Source: Octopus vulgaris (Eukaryota). Taken from it: 64,000 nucleotides of DNA. Shown here piece by piece: positions 11,958-26,800 of the stretch (positions within the stretch are counted from its first letter, which is position 1; the number at the start of each line of letters is the position of its first letter). Below the pieces are notes generated by a model that was not told the origin of the DNA, ran no database searches, and worked only from the letters and a program-made list of their open reading frames with translations. A program made the translations under genes and the position numbers. The stretch is from positions 11,904,001 to 11,968,000 of the forward strand of contig OX597814.1 in assembly GCA_951406725.2 (NCBI GenBank). Reading direction: 5' to 3'.

Positions 11958-14900
11958 GTAAGTATTCCATAGTTTATTGATACTGGTATTAAAATTTATG
12001 TTTGTGCATGAAAAAAAATGGAATGATATATCTATATTTCCTTTGCTAAACATCAGTGATTTTTGAAACTTTTAGTTCCTCCCATTCAGTTTACCTGTAC
12101 ATTAGGATGGCAAGACATCTCTGATAATCCTGAAGGTCTTAGTTCATTCCATACAGTTTGCCTATACATTAGGATGGCAAGACATCTCTGGTAATCCTGA
12201 AGGTCTTAGTTCCTCCCATACAGTTTGCTTATACATTAGGATGGCAAGACATCTCTGATAATCCTGAAGGTCTTAGTTCCTTCCATACAGTTTGCCTATA
12301 CATTAGGATGGCAAGACATCTCTGATAATCCTGAAGGTCTTAGTTCCTTCCATACAGTTTGCCTATACATTAGGATGGCAAGACATCTCTGATAATCCTG
12401 AAGGTCTTAGTTCCTTCCATACAGTTTGCCTATACATTAGGATGGCAAGACATCTCTGATAATCCTGAAGGTCTTAGTTCCTTCCATACAGTTTGCCTGT
12501 ACATTAGGATGGCAAGACATCTCTGATAATCCTGAAGGTCTTAGTTCCTTCCATACAGTTTGCCTATACATTAGGATGGCAAGACATCTCTGATAATCCT
12601 GAAGGTCTTAGTTCCTTCCATACAGTTTACCTGTACATTAGGATGGCAAGACATCTCTGATAATCCTGAAGGTCTTAGTTCCTTCCATACAGTTTGCCTA
12701 TACATTAGGATGGCAAGACATCTCTGATAATCCTGAAGGTCTTAGTTCCTTCCATACAGTTTGCCTATACATTAGGATGGCAAGACATCTCTGATAATCC
12801 TGAAGGTCTTAGTTCCTTCCATACAGTTTGCCTGTACATTAGGATGGCAAGACATCTCTGATAATCCTGAAGGTCTTAGTTCCTTCCATACAGTTTGCCT
12901 GTACATTAGGATGGCAAGACATCTCTGATAATCCTGAAGGTCTTAGTTCCTTCCATACAGTTTGCCTATACATTAGGATGGCAAGACATCTCTGATAATC
13001 CTGAAGGTCTTAGTTCCTTCCATACAGTTTGCCTATACATTAGGATGGCAAGACATCTCTGATAATCCTGAAGGTCTTAGTTCCTTCCATACAGTTTGCC
13101 TATACATTAGGATGGCAAGACATCTCTGATAATCCTGAAGGTCTTAGTTCCTTCCATACAGTTTGCCTATACATTAGGATGGCAAGACATCTCTGATAAT
13201 CCTGAAGGTCTTAGTTCCTTCCATACAGTTTGCCTATACATTAGGATGGCAAGACATCTCTGATAATCCTGAAGGTCTTAGTTCCTTCCATACAGTTTGC
13301 CTATACATTAGGATGGCAAGACATCTCTGATAATCCTGAAGGTCTTAGTTCCTTCCATACAGTTTGCCTATACATTAGGATGGCAAGACATCTCTGATAA
13401 TCCTGAAGGTCTTAGTTCCTTCCATACAGTTTGCCTATACATTAGGATGGCAAGACATCTCTGATAATCCTGAAGGTCTTAGTTCCTTCCATACAGTTTG
13501 CCTACATTAGGATGGCAAGACATCTCTGATAATCCTGAAGGTCTTAGTTCCTTCCATACAGTTTGCCTATACATTAGGATGGCAAGACATCTCTGATAAT
13601 CCTGAAGGTCTTAGTTCCTTCCATACAGTTTGCCTATACATTAGGATGGCAAGACATCTCTGATAATCCTGAAGGTCTTAGTTCCTTCCATACAGTTTGC
13701 CTATACATTAGGATGGCAAGACATCTCTGATAATCCTGAAGGTCTTAGTTCCTTCCATACAGTTTGCCTATACATTAGGATGGCAAGACATCTCTGATAA
13801 TCCTGAAGGTCTTAGTTCCTTCCATACAGTTTTCCTATACATTAGGATGGCAAGACATCTCTGATAATCCTGAAGGTCTTAGTTCCTTCCATACAGTTTG
13901 CCTATACATTAGGATGGCAAGACATCTCTGATAATCCTGAAGGTCTTAGTTCCTTCCATACAGTTTGCCTATACATTAGGATGGCAAGACATCTCTGATA
14001 ATCCTGAAGGTCTTAGTTCCTTCCATACAGTTTGCCTATACATTAGGATGGCAAGACATCTCTGATAATCCTGAAGATCTTAGTTCCTTCCATACAGTTT
14101 GCCTATACATTAGGATGGCAAGACATCTCTGATAATCCTGAAGGTCTTAGTTCCTCCCATTCAGTTTGCCTGTACATTAGGATGGCAAGACATCTCTGAT
14201 AATCCCGAAGGTCTTAGTTCCTTCCATACAGTTTGCCTGTACATTGGATGGAAAGATGCCTCCAATAATCCCAGTTTTGAGCATAATTGGCTGTGTTTTC
14301 CTATGTGATGCTAATAAGCTGCTTCAGATCTACTTTGATGGTTGCACACCTTATCTTTTAGGGTCTCTCTCTCTCTCTTTGCCTCTGTGGTATAGCTGTC
14401 TTAGGTACTTGTCTTGTCAGTTGGAAAGCATAAACCACAAGCTGCATTTTTCTTCCCATCACAATCTCCTGCAGGCTGCACAGACTGGCTCTTCTCAGGG
14501 CTTCAGAGATTATGTTTCCATCTCAGTAAGTGATCTTGAGTATTCTGTGTAGATCTGTCCAACATAGAACCAATCCACCTCCATACAGTTTTTGATGAAT
14601 TTAGAGATATATAAGAAAACTGGGAGATAACATGTCAGTAAAAAGCAAGACAAAGAAGGAAGATATTTTTAAAATAAAAATATGGGATTGATGTTCAAAT
14701 CCTTATTCTTTCTCTTCCCTTTATGTAATTTGTAGATAAGTTTAAATTCTTTTATTCTTTTACTTGTTCCAGTCATTGGACTGCACCCATGCTGGGACAT
14801 TGTCTTGAAAGGTTTAGTTGATTGAACCAACCCATTAGTCTATCAGTACCTTTTTGCTGAATTGGTGGTGATGCAAACACAAGCAAAGATACACACACAC

Positions 14901-17599
14901 ATATATATATATGCATGTACTTATGTACATGTTATGGGATCTCTTACAGTTTCCATCCACCAAAGTCACTCATAAGGCATTGATCAGCTCGGGGCTCTAG
15001 CAGAAGACACTTGCCCAAGGTGCCATGCAGTGGGACTGAAATTATGTGGCTGAGAAGTGAACTTCTTGACTACATTGACCATTTACTTTCTGATTTCAAA
15101 TCCTGTTCATGTCCATCATCATCGTTTATATCTGGTCTCCATGCTAGCATGGGTTGGACAGTTTAACATGGAGTGGGCTAGCAGGGAGCTGTCTGGACTC
15201 CCAACTGTCTGTTGTGGCATGGTCTCTATGGCTGGATGCCCTTCCTAATGCTAACCATTTAACAGAGTGTGCTGGGTGCTTTTCACGTGTTACCGTCATG
15301 GGTGTTTATATAGCACCGACAGAAGTGCATTAATGCAGTACTGGCGCAGGTGCTTAGGTGGCACTGGTACCTTAACCCTTTCGTTACTGTATTTATTTTG
15401 AGATGCTCTGTGTTTCTTTCAATTATTTTAAATATAACAAAGAATTTAGTAAAATAACTTAGTTATCGTTAACCTAGTGTTAGGAATGTAAATTGTGACT
15501 AAGGCTTGGTGGAATATTTCACTTCAAAACTTATGAAAACAAGACATTTGTACTACAGAGCCAGAGCCGGTTTTGGCCGGGTTAGTAACAAAAGGGTTAA
15601 AGGTCAAGCCTGTGTATGTGGAAGACTTAGTAAAATACAGTTTCTGTTGTTAGGTTAATGTTTAGTATTTGGAACATAACCTAACAAAAATGTTTTTGCT
15701 CAAAATTGTTAGGTATTAACCCTTTAGTGTTTAAACCGGCTGCTTCTGGCCCAAATATTTTACACATTTTATGCTCGAACTGGCCAGAACCAGTATCTTA
15801 CACTTACCCTGCAATGTCATTCTAAAAATAAGCAATTATATCTTTCCTATCTTGAAGCTACAAAATAATATCAGATAAACTTTTTTTAACGTGAATAAAT
15901 AAGGATTACTTTTGACAAATTAATATGAATGCTAAAGGGTTAATTTAGATATGAAAAAATGTTAAGAAGAATACAGTGTTAGGTAAATTGGAATCAGAAC
16001 AGTTAACTATTCATAAGTATATGTAATGATTGTTAGCCCCCCTATGTCAGAAACCTCTCTTGAGTAGTGTAACACATATAGCATTTCTATGTTGTACGCT
16101 GCTGTTTAGATGCTTAATATGAAAGCACCTGAGTGGCTTATGAAATTTTTTTCAATTAAAAATTATTTAGCTGTGAACAGGGTGGTTAGCATTTGTGTTG
16201 TTGCTGTTGAGTCCTGGCTCAGCTCTGATTGAGAAGGTGTATGATCAGAAGTGTTCAATATGTGTATTGTTTCTTTCTTTGAAGGCATAATATATCGCAA
16301 ACTACATCATGCAATGTGTCCTTATCTTTTTTTAGATAGTAGGGTGTGATTTGAGTCTTTTTTTTTTGGTTGTTGCTGTTTCTAGCTGGTCATCGTAATA
16401 GAGTTTACTGCCATTAATTGGCCAGTATTCATGTAAATATGTACGCTGCCACTGCAAACTATGGGTTGGGGTATTAAAATGCCTAATTGTAATAATACTG
16501 ACATTGATGTTAGAGATTATTGTATTATAAGAATGAATAAAAATAATATATTTTACTTGCAGCCTGGTCCAGTGGTTAAAATACAGCAAAAAGGAGTACT
16601 GTGAACTATGTAAATACAGATTTGCTTTCACACCAAGTAAGTCATTTATTATATATAACTCTGTATGTGTGTGTGTGTGTGTGTGTGCGTGCGTGGACGA
16701 TGTTGGTTTTTAATGATATGAGTTTTAAGATAAGAACTGGCCACTCAGTGGAGTTCCTAGGTGATTAATCCTTAGCTTTGTTTGTTTGTTTGTTTTATGT
16801 CCGTTTTCCTTTACAAGCGTGGGTTACATGAATATTTATTATTGAAGTATTAATTTACCAACAAGATGCTTTCCCTGTCGCTAAACCTTATCTGTCTTCA
16901 AGTGCAGAGCTACTGGTTGATTTGTTGATAGTGAAATGTCAACAAATGTCACTGTCCAGCTCTGTGTGTGTGTGTGTGTCAGCATCACTGCCACCATCAT
17001 CATCTTCATCATATGTCCACGATCCATGCTGGCATGAATGTATGTTTTAATCAAAGGACTCTTGGCTACTTTGTGGATACGCTTCAACTTTGGTTTCAAA
17101 ATCATTAGCTAAAGGTTGGATTATTCTTTTATTCTTCTACTTGTTTGTCATTTGACTGCGGTCATGTTGGAGCACCACCTTCAGTTGAACAAATTGACTC
17201 CAGGACTTATTCCTTGTAAGCCTGGTACTTATTCTATCGGTCTCTTTTGCCGAATGGCTAAGCTTTGGGGACATAAACACACCAATATTGGTTGTTAAAC
17301 GATGGTTGGGGAACAAACACAGACACACAAACACACAAACACACACACAAACAAAAACACAAACACACAAACACACACAAATACACACAAACACAAACAC
17401 ACACAAACTCACACACACAAAAACTCACACAAACTCACACACACACACAAACTCACACAAACTCACACACACACACAAACTCACACACACACACAAACTC
17501 ACACACACACACAAACTCACACACACACAAACTCACACACACACAAACTCACACACACACAAACTCACACACACACACAAACTCACACACACACACAAA

Positions 17600-17642
<43 letters not shown>

Positions 17643-17762
17643 ACACACACACAAACTCACACACACACAAACTCACACACACACACAAACTCACACACAC
17701 ACAAACTCACACGAACACACACACAACACACACACACACACACACAAACACAAACACACACA

Positions 17763-17833
<71 letters not shown>

Positions 17834-20800
17834 ACACTCACACACACACACATAATTATATGTATACATAATTTTTATTCCTCTTTAGCTTATAAACGAG
17901 CACAAAAAAAACAGTTGTACTATATATGGAGTATTGTCTCCATTAAAGATTCCCTTATTCTATATATCATCATCATCATTATTTAACATCTGTTTTCCAT
18001 GCTGGCATGGGTTGGATGGTTCGACTGGGGTCTGGGAAGTCAGGAGGCTGTATCAGGATCCAATCTGATCTGACAGTGTTTCTACAGTTAGATGCCCTTC
18101 CTAATGCCAACCTTTCTGAGAGTGTAGTGGGTGGTTTTTTATGTTCCACTGGCACAGGAGCCAGATGGGGCTGGCATCAACCTGTTTGGATAGTGCTTTT
18201 ACGTGCCACTGGTACAGGAGCCAATCAAGGCGTCTCTGGCATCAGCTATGTTTGGATGATCCCTTTTATGTACCACCGGCACAGGAGCCAGTCAAGGTGA
18301 GGGGGCTGGCATCGACCACGTTTGGATGGTGCTTTTTACGTGCCAGCAGCATGGGGAGCCAGATAGGCAGTGCTGGCATCAGCCACAGCTACAATTTCCA
18401 TTTGATTTTGGTTTGATTTGATCTTGAAGATGTACTTGACTCAGTAGGTCTCCTCAAGCACAATATGTTGCCCTATGATCCAAATGTACTTTTTGAGTGG
18501 GCTGGTTGTGCGACACTGGCATAGGCTACAGCTATGATCTCACTTTATTTGCATTTGTCCAGGGAGAGGAGATTGCAGTTATGATAGAGGTGGCACGTAA
18601 AAAGCACCCACTACACTCACGGAGTGGTTGGCATTAGGAAGGGCATCCAGCTGTAGAAACATTGCCAGATAAGACTGGAGCCTGGTGCAGCCTTCTGGCT
18701 TCCCAGATCCCCGGTCGAACCGTCCAACCCATGCTAGCATGGAGAACGGACGTTAAACGATGATGATGATGATGATAGAGGGTACCACCAGCGAAGGAGG
18801 GGTGGTTCGGAGAGAGAAAGAAAGAAAACAAGCTCATCCATACATACACACAAGCATGCGCATGCATGCACGCACGCCCGCTCGCGCGCACACACACAGG
18901 AACGAGCACACATGCTCACACACACACCCAGGAACTAGCACGCATGTACAGCCCATTAGCTTTCTCTTTGATATGTCCATGGAAAATTACTGGGTAGTTG
19001 TTGGCAAATTTCTAGACAGAACATAACGAAAGATAGCTGTTAGTGTAGATGGGCAGCTAAGCTAGTTGCATTTGTCCCAGGAGAAAGAGATAGAGTGCAG
19101 GTAGTATAGAGAACAGGTGGCGAGCTGGCAGAAACGTTAGCGCGCCGGGCGAAATGCTTAGCGGTATTTAGTCTGTCGTTACGTTGTGAGTTCAAATTCC
19201 GCCGAGGTCGACTTTGCCTTTCATCCTTTCGGGGTCGATAAATTAAGTACCAGTTACGCACTGGGGTCGGTGTAATCGACTTAATACCTATGTCTGTCCT
19301 TGTTTGTCCCCTCTATGTTTAGCCCCTTGTGGGTAATAAAGAAATAGGTAGTATAGAGAACAGCACCAGTGATGAGGAGGAGGGGGAGAGAAGAGACATC
19401 TGGTAATAGCGGTGGGAGGAGAGAGAGAGAGGGATGTAGATGTCTGGTAGTGGGAGTGGGAAAGGGCGGGTGCACCGCGAACAAGCGAGATTTAATTTGG
19501 GGAGATTGTACGAAGAAATTAAATTAAACATCTAAAGAAAGAGGCGAGAAATTATCTTAGCAAAATTACATGAAGAATTGGGGAGGAATGAAGGCTGAGA
19601 GGGAGGGAGGGGGTCATTTTAATTGCTTAGCTTATGAGACTAGCTCTCTTTACTCTCTACTTGTTTCAGTCATTTGACTGTGGCCATGCTGGAGCACCGC
19701 CTTTAATCGAGCAACTCAACCCCGGGACTTATTCTTTGTAAGCCCAGTACTTATTCTATCGGTCTCTTTTGCCGAACCGCTAAGTGATGGTGACATAAAC
19801 ACACCAGCATCGGTTGTCAAGCAATGTTAGGGGGACAAACACAGACACACAAACATACACGCACACATATTTATAATAATAATAATAATAATGAAATTAT
19901 TGTATACAGTGCTCAGGTGCACCACAACTTGTCAGAAAGTGCATATAAAGCATATGCAGTAATGTAGAAATGTCTGGAAAGCGAACAATGTATGAATCAG
20001 ATACATGCTTGTGTGTGTATGGAGGGGAGAAAATCAAGTGTAGCGTTGGCGAATCTCAGGAAGCATGGAAGTTTTGAAGGATGCAGTGCTCCGACAACTA
20101 ACAACCGATGCCGGCAGTTTGTTCCACGCTTCAGCAACTCTCAGCATGAAAAAATGTTACCTGAAGTCATGGGAGCTGTGCTGTTTTCTTATACATATAT
20201 ACGACGGGTTTCTTTCAGTTTCGGTCTACCAAATCCACTCACAAGGCTTTGGTCGGCCTGAGGCTATAGTAGAAGACACTTGCCCAAGGTGCCACACAGT
20301 GGGATTGAACCCAGAACCATGTGGTTGGTAAACAAGCTACTTACCACACAACCACTCCTGCTGTTAGTAAATAATATATTTAAAAGTATTAATGGCGAAT
20401 GAATCTATGAAAGATAAAAAAAAACAAGAGAATATATATAGCCCAAGGCTATAATAGGAGATGCTTGCCCAAGGTGCCATGCAGTGGGACTAAACCTGGA
20501 AACATGTGAGCTTCTTACTTACTCAGCCACTCCTGCACTTAGTGAGTATCTGTTGTTTTGGTTTTACCCCAAAATAGGTCATCTCTGTAGAAGCAAACTT
20601 ATGGTCAATGACATTTCAGCCATGACAACTGCATTATCTTATGTGTCTTTAGATGGTTGGGTGCTATTTCATGCAGGTTGAGCATCCATGAAGAGGCTTG
20701 CATGAGTAATTAACGATGTAACTTTTGTAACGAATTGCATTCATCCCAATTTGGCCATCATCTGCATAGTTCTAATGTTCACTTTTTCCATGATTGCATA

Positions 20801-23800
20801 GATGGGACAAAAAATTCATTGAGACAGATTTTCAGTGGCTGAATTCTCTTTTCTTTCATCAATCCTGGAATATTTCCCCTATTCCTTTGAACACAAACAA
20901 TACAATGATTGAACAACTTTTCATAGAAGATTGCAAACAAGTGACATTGCTTATATGGCAATAATGTTTGTTGACAATTAGCATGTGATATTAAGAAAAT
21001 AGTGTACATGCATGCACGCATACACACACACACGCATGATAGGCTTTGTACAGTTTCTTTTTATTAAATTCACTCACAAGAAAACTAGTTGATTTAGGGT
21101 TTATAGTAGAAAACATTTACCCAAGGTACTATGCAGTAGGACTGAACCTGGAACCATATAGTTGTGGAGCAAACTTCTTAAGCACACAGCCATGTCTGCC
21201 TGTGTAAATAATAGCTGATTTTATGTGATACTTTGCACATTCTGACAACACCTGTTGATTGATTGCAGCTGTAGTTTGTAGGTTAATAGTGTTTATTCAA
21301 CTTTCCTAGATTCGAATCAAGGTATTTAATCACATAACCCTGTACCACACTCGTTATGTGTGCAGATGGGAATCCATTATATATATAACTAGCAGTATCA
21401 CCCGGCGTTGCTCGGGTTTGTAAGGGAAATAACTATATAAGCATTTTTAGAGAATTATAGCCAAAAAATAGCAAAAAAAATGCATTAAAAATGGAAAAAA
21501 AATGATGGTAAATTTTTTTTTAAATCGTTGACTCGTCGTAGACATTTTTAGAGAGTTACTTCCCTTATTTAATAGCGAAAAAATGCATTCAAATGGAAAA
21601 AATGATGGTAAATGTTTTTTAAAATCGTAGACTCATCGTAGACGCGTGCTAATACCCAGAAGGGCTCGATATGAATCACGACTATAAGATACCCGGTTTT
21701 GGTTAAATCGTAGGAGACAGACACACAACCTTACTTTTATATATATATATATATATATATAATGTATTAATTGTGTTACATTTATGTTGTACTCCTGAAT
21801 AAGACATACCTTTGCTTGCTCTAGATTTCCTGTTTGACAAAAATGAAGTTTCATTCTTAATTCATAGTTGAGTAGTTAACAACAGGAAGGGTATAAGGCT
21901 ATACAACAATGAAAAAAACTGACACTAACAGAAACCTGTCTCATGGTAGAGTGTTAAGATTATTTGTGTTTATTCTTCTGTTTCTAGAATTCAAATTCTG
22001 CCACGTTTAACTCTATCTTTCATTTGTCCAGGTCAGTGAAATAAATAGCAATCAATTAATGCACTCTGTGTCAGTGTGACAAATCAGTATTTCTCAAGAT
22101 AAAGGTGATATCAAGATGAGTGAAAATAGTAGATACTTTACAATATTTGTCAGATTTTTTTTCATTATAGGGTTAGGCAGAGGGTGAAGGAATGATTGTG
22201 TAAAAGTATTTAATGCAGGATATTAAGGTGGGTAAGACAGAGACAAGAGGGGTGTTTGCATGTGTTTATCGGGTTGCTTTGAGTGGAAGGAGCATTTTCA
22301 TAATCATTCCACATCGGTTTTTCATGTTGGCATGGGTTGGACAGTTTGATAGGATCTGATGAGCTGTATCTGCCCCCAATGTCAGTTTTGACATGGGTTC
22401 TACATCTAGATGCTCTTAACATCAATCACTTTATAGTGTGTACTAGATGTTTTTACTCACGGAGTGGTTGGCATTAGGAAGGGCATCCAGCTGTAGAAAC
22501 ACTGCCAGATCAGACTGGAGCCTGGTGCAGCCCCTGGCTTCCCAGACCCCGGTCGAACCGTCCAACCCGTGCTAACGCAGAAAACGGACGTTAAATGATG
22601 ATGATGATGATGTAGCACCAGCACTAATGAGGTTACCAAGTAACAAGTAAAACAGGAAAAGAAAGGAAATCCCTCCCTTCTCAACTGAGTGGGAGTGTAT
22701 TTAAGAGATGGAGAGGTGGCTCTATGCTAGATGTTGAAGGCAAAAGTATGATAGAGAAAGACAAGCACAGATGTCTTGTTGTAGAGGAGATGCATAGTTA
22801 CATTTGCCTTATGCAAAGATGGTTGAGAGTAGGTGGAAGGGAGATAAAGATGGTGTTTATGGAGTGCCAGAGTATGATACTAGTAGTTCAAAGGAGCTGA
22901 AATTGTAGCAGATAAAGAAATTGTGCATGTGGAGTTAGTGGATGTTGTTATTGGTGAATTTGCTTATCATCTGGATGTTTTTTTTTTTCAAATATTGGTG
23001 TTGCAGCAACCCTGTTCCAGGTTGGTGAGAAGTGTTTTAATGTTAGATTTGTAAAGAGTTAGCAACTAATGAGGGTGGAAGTATTTTCTGGCCTGGGTAG
23101 GAAACTTAGTGTTTGTGGTGTATACATGAAGCTGCAATGGAAGATCATCGGAGATTGTGGAATCTAGCATTTGCAGTGACTTTAGGCCTTTGGTAACCAT
23201 ATTTCTCAGGATTATTTACTTCAATTAATTTTGAAAATAAACAACAATTTTTGTATAGTTATCATCATCATCATTATTTAATATCTCCCTTTCATATGGC
23301 GTCAGTTGGATGGCTTGACAGTAGCTGGCCAGGTAGTAGACTACACCAGGCTTCTGTGTCTGTTTTTACATGGTTTTTACAGCTGGATGCCCTTCCTAAC
23401 ACCCACCACCTCATAGAGTGGACTGAGTGCATTTTACATGGCACCAGCATGGGTGAGGTCAGTTTTGGCATGATTTTTACAGCTGGATGCCTTTCCAAAT
23501 GCCAACCACTTCGCATTGTGGAAAAGATGCTTTTTATGTGGCACCAGCACAGGCAGGGTCACCAAATAACTTGTAAGACAAGGAATTTTAGAGAGGGGTG
23601 GGTGCATTGGAGAAGGTGATCTTGTGTCAGATGATGAAAAGTTAGTGTGACAGAGGGACAGAGACAGGTGTCTTGCTATAGGAGAGGTAGTAAGAAAATA
23701 TTCTTGTATAAAATTGTGACAGAAGATTCTAATTTTAATATAAACATTTTAAAATAGATGAATTTTATGTCATGGAAACAAGAGTTTTCAGGCAGGTCAG

Positions 23801-26800
23801 TATCAAAAGAGTTAACTGTTTTGAGTTGTTCTTGTGTAGAAAGGTGTGTTGTGTTTCTTTGGGATGTATGAATCAATTATACTATTGGATATTGATGATG
23901 TTCAATAATGTAATTGATATTATTGAAGCAGAATCGAGTTGATTCCATGAAAGAATGTTTAAGGTGTTTCTGTTAATGGAACTCCTGTTAGTTTGTCATT
24001 AGGTATCCAGGATATGTTTGCAAGATACCTGGGTGTAGAAGGTTAAAGGAGGACCGAAGAGTCAAGTTTGTGTGTTGAAATTTAGTTGGGAAGTTCTCGT
24101 GGTCAAAGGCTTTACAGTACAACAACATTGCTTTTGTCAAAATTCTTGAGGGTAAGAGATTGCTGATGTGGGACATACATGAGTAAGACTACAGTGGATC
24201 TCGCTCTACAGAAACTATTGGTTTGTTACTGAAGAGAGGTGGAGGGAGGGAAAGAGAGAGAGTTGTAGGGAGATAAAAGAAATAATGGTATAACTATTTC
24301 TTTGTGATTGTGGAAGTATGATAGAGAGAGAGAAAAGCACAGATGTCTTGCTATAGAGGAGATAGATAGTTACCTTTGCATAATGCAAGGATGGGTGAGA
24401 GTAACTGGTAGGGAGATAAACAATAGCTTTGTTATATCAGAATGTACATTATGATCTTCAGCCAGATGACCATATGACATGTCTGGGTCTGTAGATTGTA
24501 CCTAGTTGTTTGACCAACTGCCTTTGTGTGTGCATAGTACTCAATCAGAAGTGTGTTACACAGCAACAACTATCCTTTCTTATTAAACTCAGCAAAGTTT
24601 TTTAACCTGTTGATATCATCAATTTATGTCATTTCCTTTTTAAGCATATCTTTATCCTTTGCTTTTTGATTTCTCAGAATGCTGAGGCAGAGCAGAGGTA
24701 ATGCCAACAGCTTTTTCAAGTTGTCCTAGATCTGGAAATAGGGATAGCTTAAAGGGTTGATTTGTTTGATATTCAGCTTGAACTCTTGAATGTTGAAGAT
24801 GGGTGAAAAATATTGTGAGTAATGGAGTTTGGAAGAGATGCAGTTGTGTGCGTCTGGTATTTAGTATAGGATATGCAAAATTGAGATATCTTAGGAGTGA
24901 CAGGAATTGGAGAATTGGGTGCACTGGGTTAGATTTTATAAAGCTGGTAGACCAGTTTAGGAGCTCATAGGTTGGTAGAAAAGGCACACATTGAAGTCCA
25001 GAGATCATAGTATGTTGGGTAGTGATAGCTTGTCTCTGAACAAAACTTTTCTTTTGCATAGAATTTTGTGGGTTCATCTGATACTAAAAAAAATATATAT
25101 AGGCGCAGGAGTGGCTGTGTGGTAAGTAGCTTGCTAACTAACCACATGGTTCCGGGTTCAGTCCCACTGCGTGGCATCTTGGGCAAGTGTCTTCTGTTAT
25201 AGCCCCGGGCCGACCAATGCTTTGTGAGTGGATTTGGTAGATGGAAACTGAAAGAAGCCTGTCGTATATATGTATATATATATATATGTATGTGTGTGTA
25301 TGTGTTTGTGTGTCTGTGTTTGTCTCCCTAGCATTGCTTGACAACCGATGCTGATGTGTTTACGTCCCCGTCACTTAGCGGTTCGGCAAAAGAGACCGAT
25401 AGAATAAGTACTGGGCTTACAAAGAATAAGTCCCGGGGTCGATTTGCTCGACTAAAGGCGGTGCTCCAGCATGGCCGCAGTCAAATGACTGAAACGAGTA
25501 AAAGAGAGTAAAAGAGTATATTGATGCTCTTTAATTAAAAAAATAAAATCTACAGGAAGCAGTTAACAAAGAAACGTTGTTAGTGTTTTGGAGCAATAAT
25601 TTTTCTTTATACTGTCTTAATTTTCTCTCTCTTTCCTTTTTTTTTTCAGTTTATTCACCAGACATGCCAAAACGGTTACCCATTAAAGATATTTTCAGTG
25701 GTTTGCTTACTAGTATTGGTCGAGCAGTTCGGTACTGGTTTCATTACACATTAGTGGCGTTTGCATGGCTTGGAGTTGTTCCACTTACAGCATGTAAGTA
25801 TGAAAATTGTAATTTTTATCCTTTCTGTGTTATAAATTGTACTGTTGTGGTCATTTAGCAGAAGTGTTTATCAGGTCAGAAGTTTCCAGATGATTTCATC
25901 TCATCTTTTGTATTTATATCTTCCACACTTTAGTCATGGTATTCTTCAAATATTTTACATGACTGCAATAACATAAACAAAAATGTTGAAACCTTGTGTT
26001 ACAAATGAAGATCCTCAATTTCTGTGCAACAAAACAATTGAGACTTGGGATGCTCATCTTCTAAATAAGAACTGATTTGGACAGTGGTAACCTTGCACAC
26101 CCATGTCACTGTGGATAGCAGACATAAAATGACGATGATACAATATAATGTAGAAATTTAAAGTTGATTGAAAAAAGTTACTTATAAGCATGCAAGATGA
26201 ATTTAATAACTCCTTATAGTTATTAAACCTCTCCACTAGTAACTCATTTCAAAGTTATAGCTAAACCTTCTTAAATCACAATGATTCATTAAACAGGTGT
26301 TTATACTGTTCATACCGTCTTTCAGATAAATTCTAAATAGCAGTGAATTTAGACTGTTTTTGTAAAACAGCTATAACGTTTTTGTTTATTGATATATTTA
26401 GATGGTGTTTCGGACACAATTTAATTACATGTCCTTACATAATTTTATGACAGTCTTTGCTTCAAAATTACTTGGGTAAATTCAGCGAAATGTAAAATTA
26501 TTAATTTTTGTTTGAAATATCATCATACAAAATAAATTTATAAGTTAGTTTTCACATTCACCAAGATAGACAATAGAATTTGCAATACAGGTTATCAAAG
26601 AATAATTATTGGATTTTCAGTTGAACTTAGAAAACAGCTACAAATTATAAGGCTAATTTAGCACCCTGTGTACTCTTCACATATTCTACTAATATTGAAT
26701 CTGAATTTGGCATGTATTCTGACAAGAATAAAATGTTAGAGAAATAATAAAAAAGATCAGAAGAATAGAAAAAGCTCTCTCATGCTTTAACGATTTTGAA

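Noticed and set aside
12072-14255. CRISPR array or hammerhead ribozyme array
   Set aside because: Units are contiguous with no unique spacers and no cas genes, in a eukaryotic intron. CTGATAA resembles CUGANGA but no GAAA core follows.
17288-17986. His/Thr-rich ORFs of 187-232 aa
   Set aside because: They are translations of a (CA)n microsatellite.
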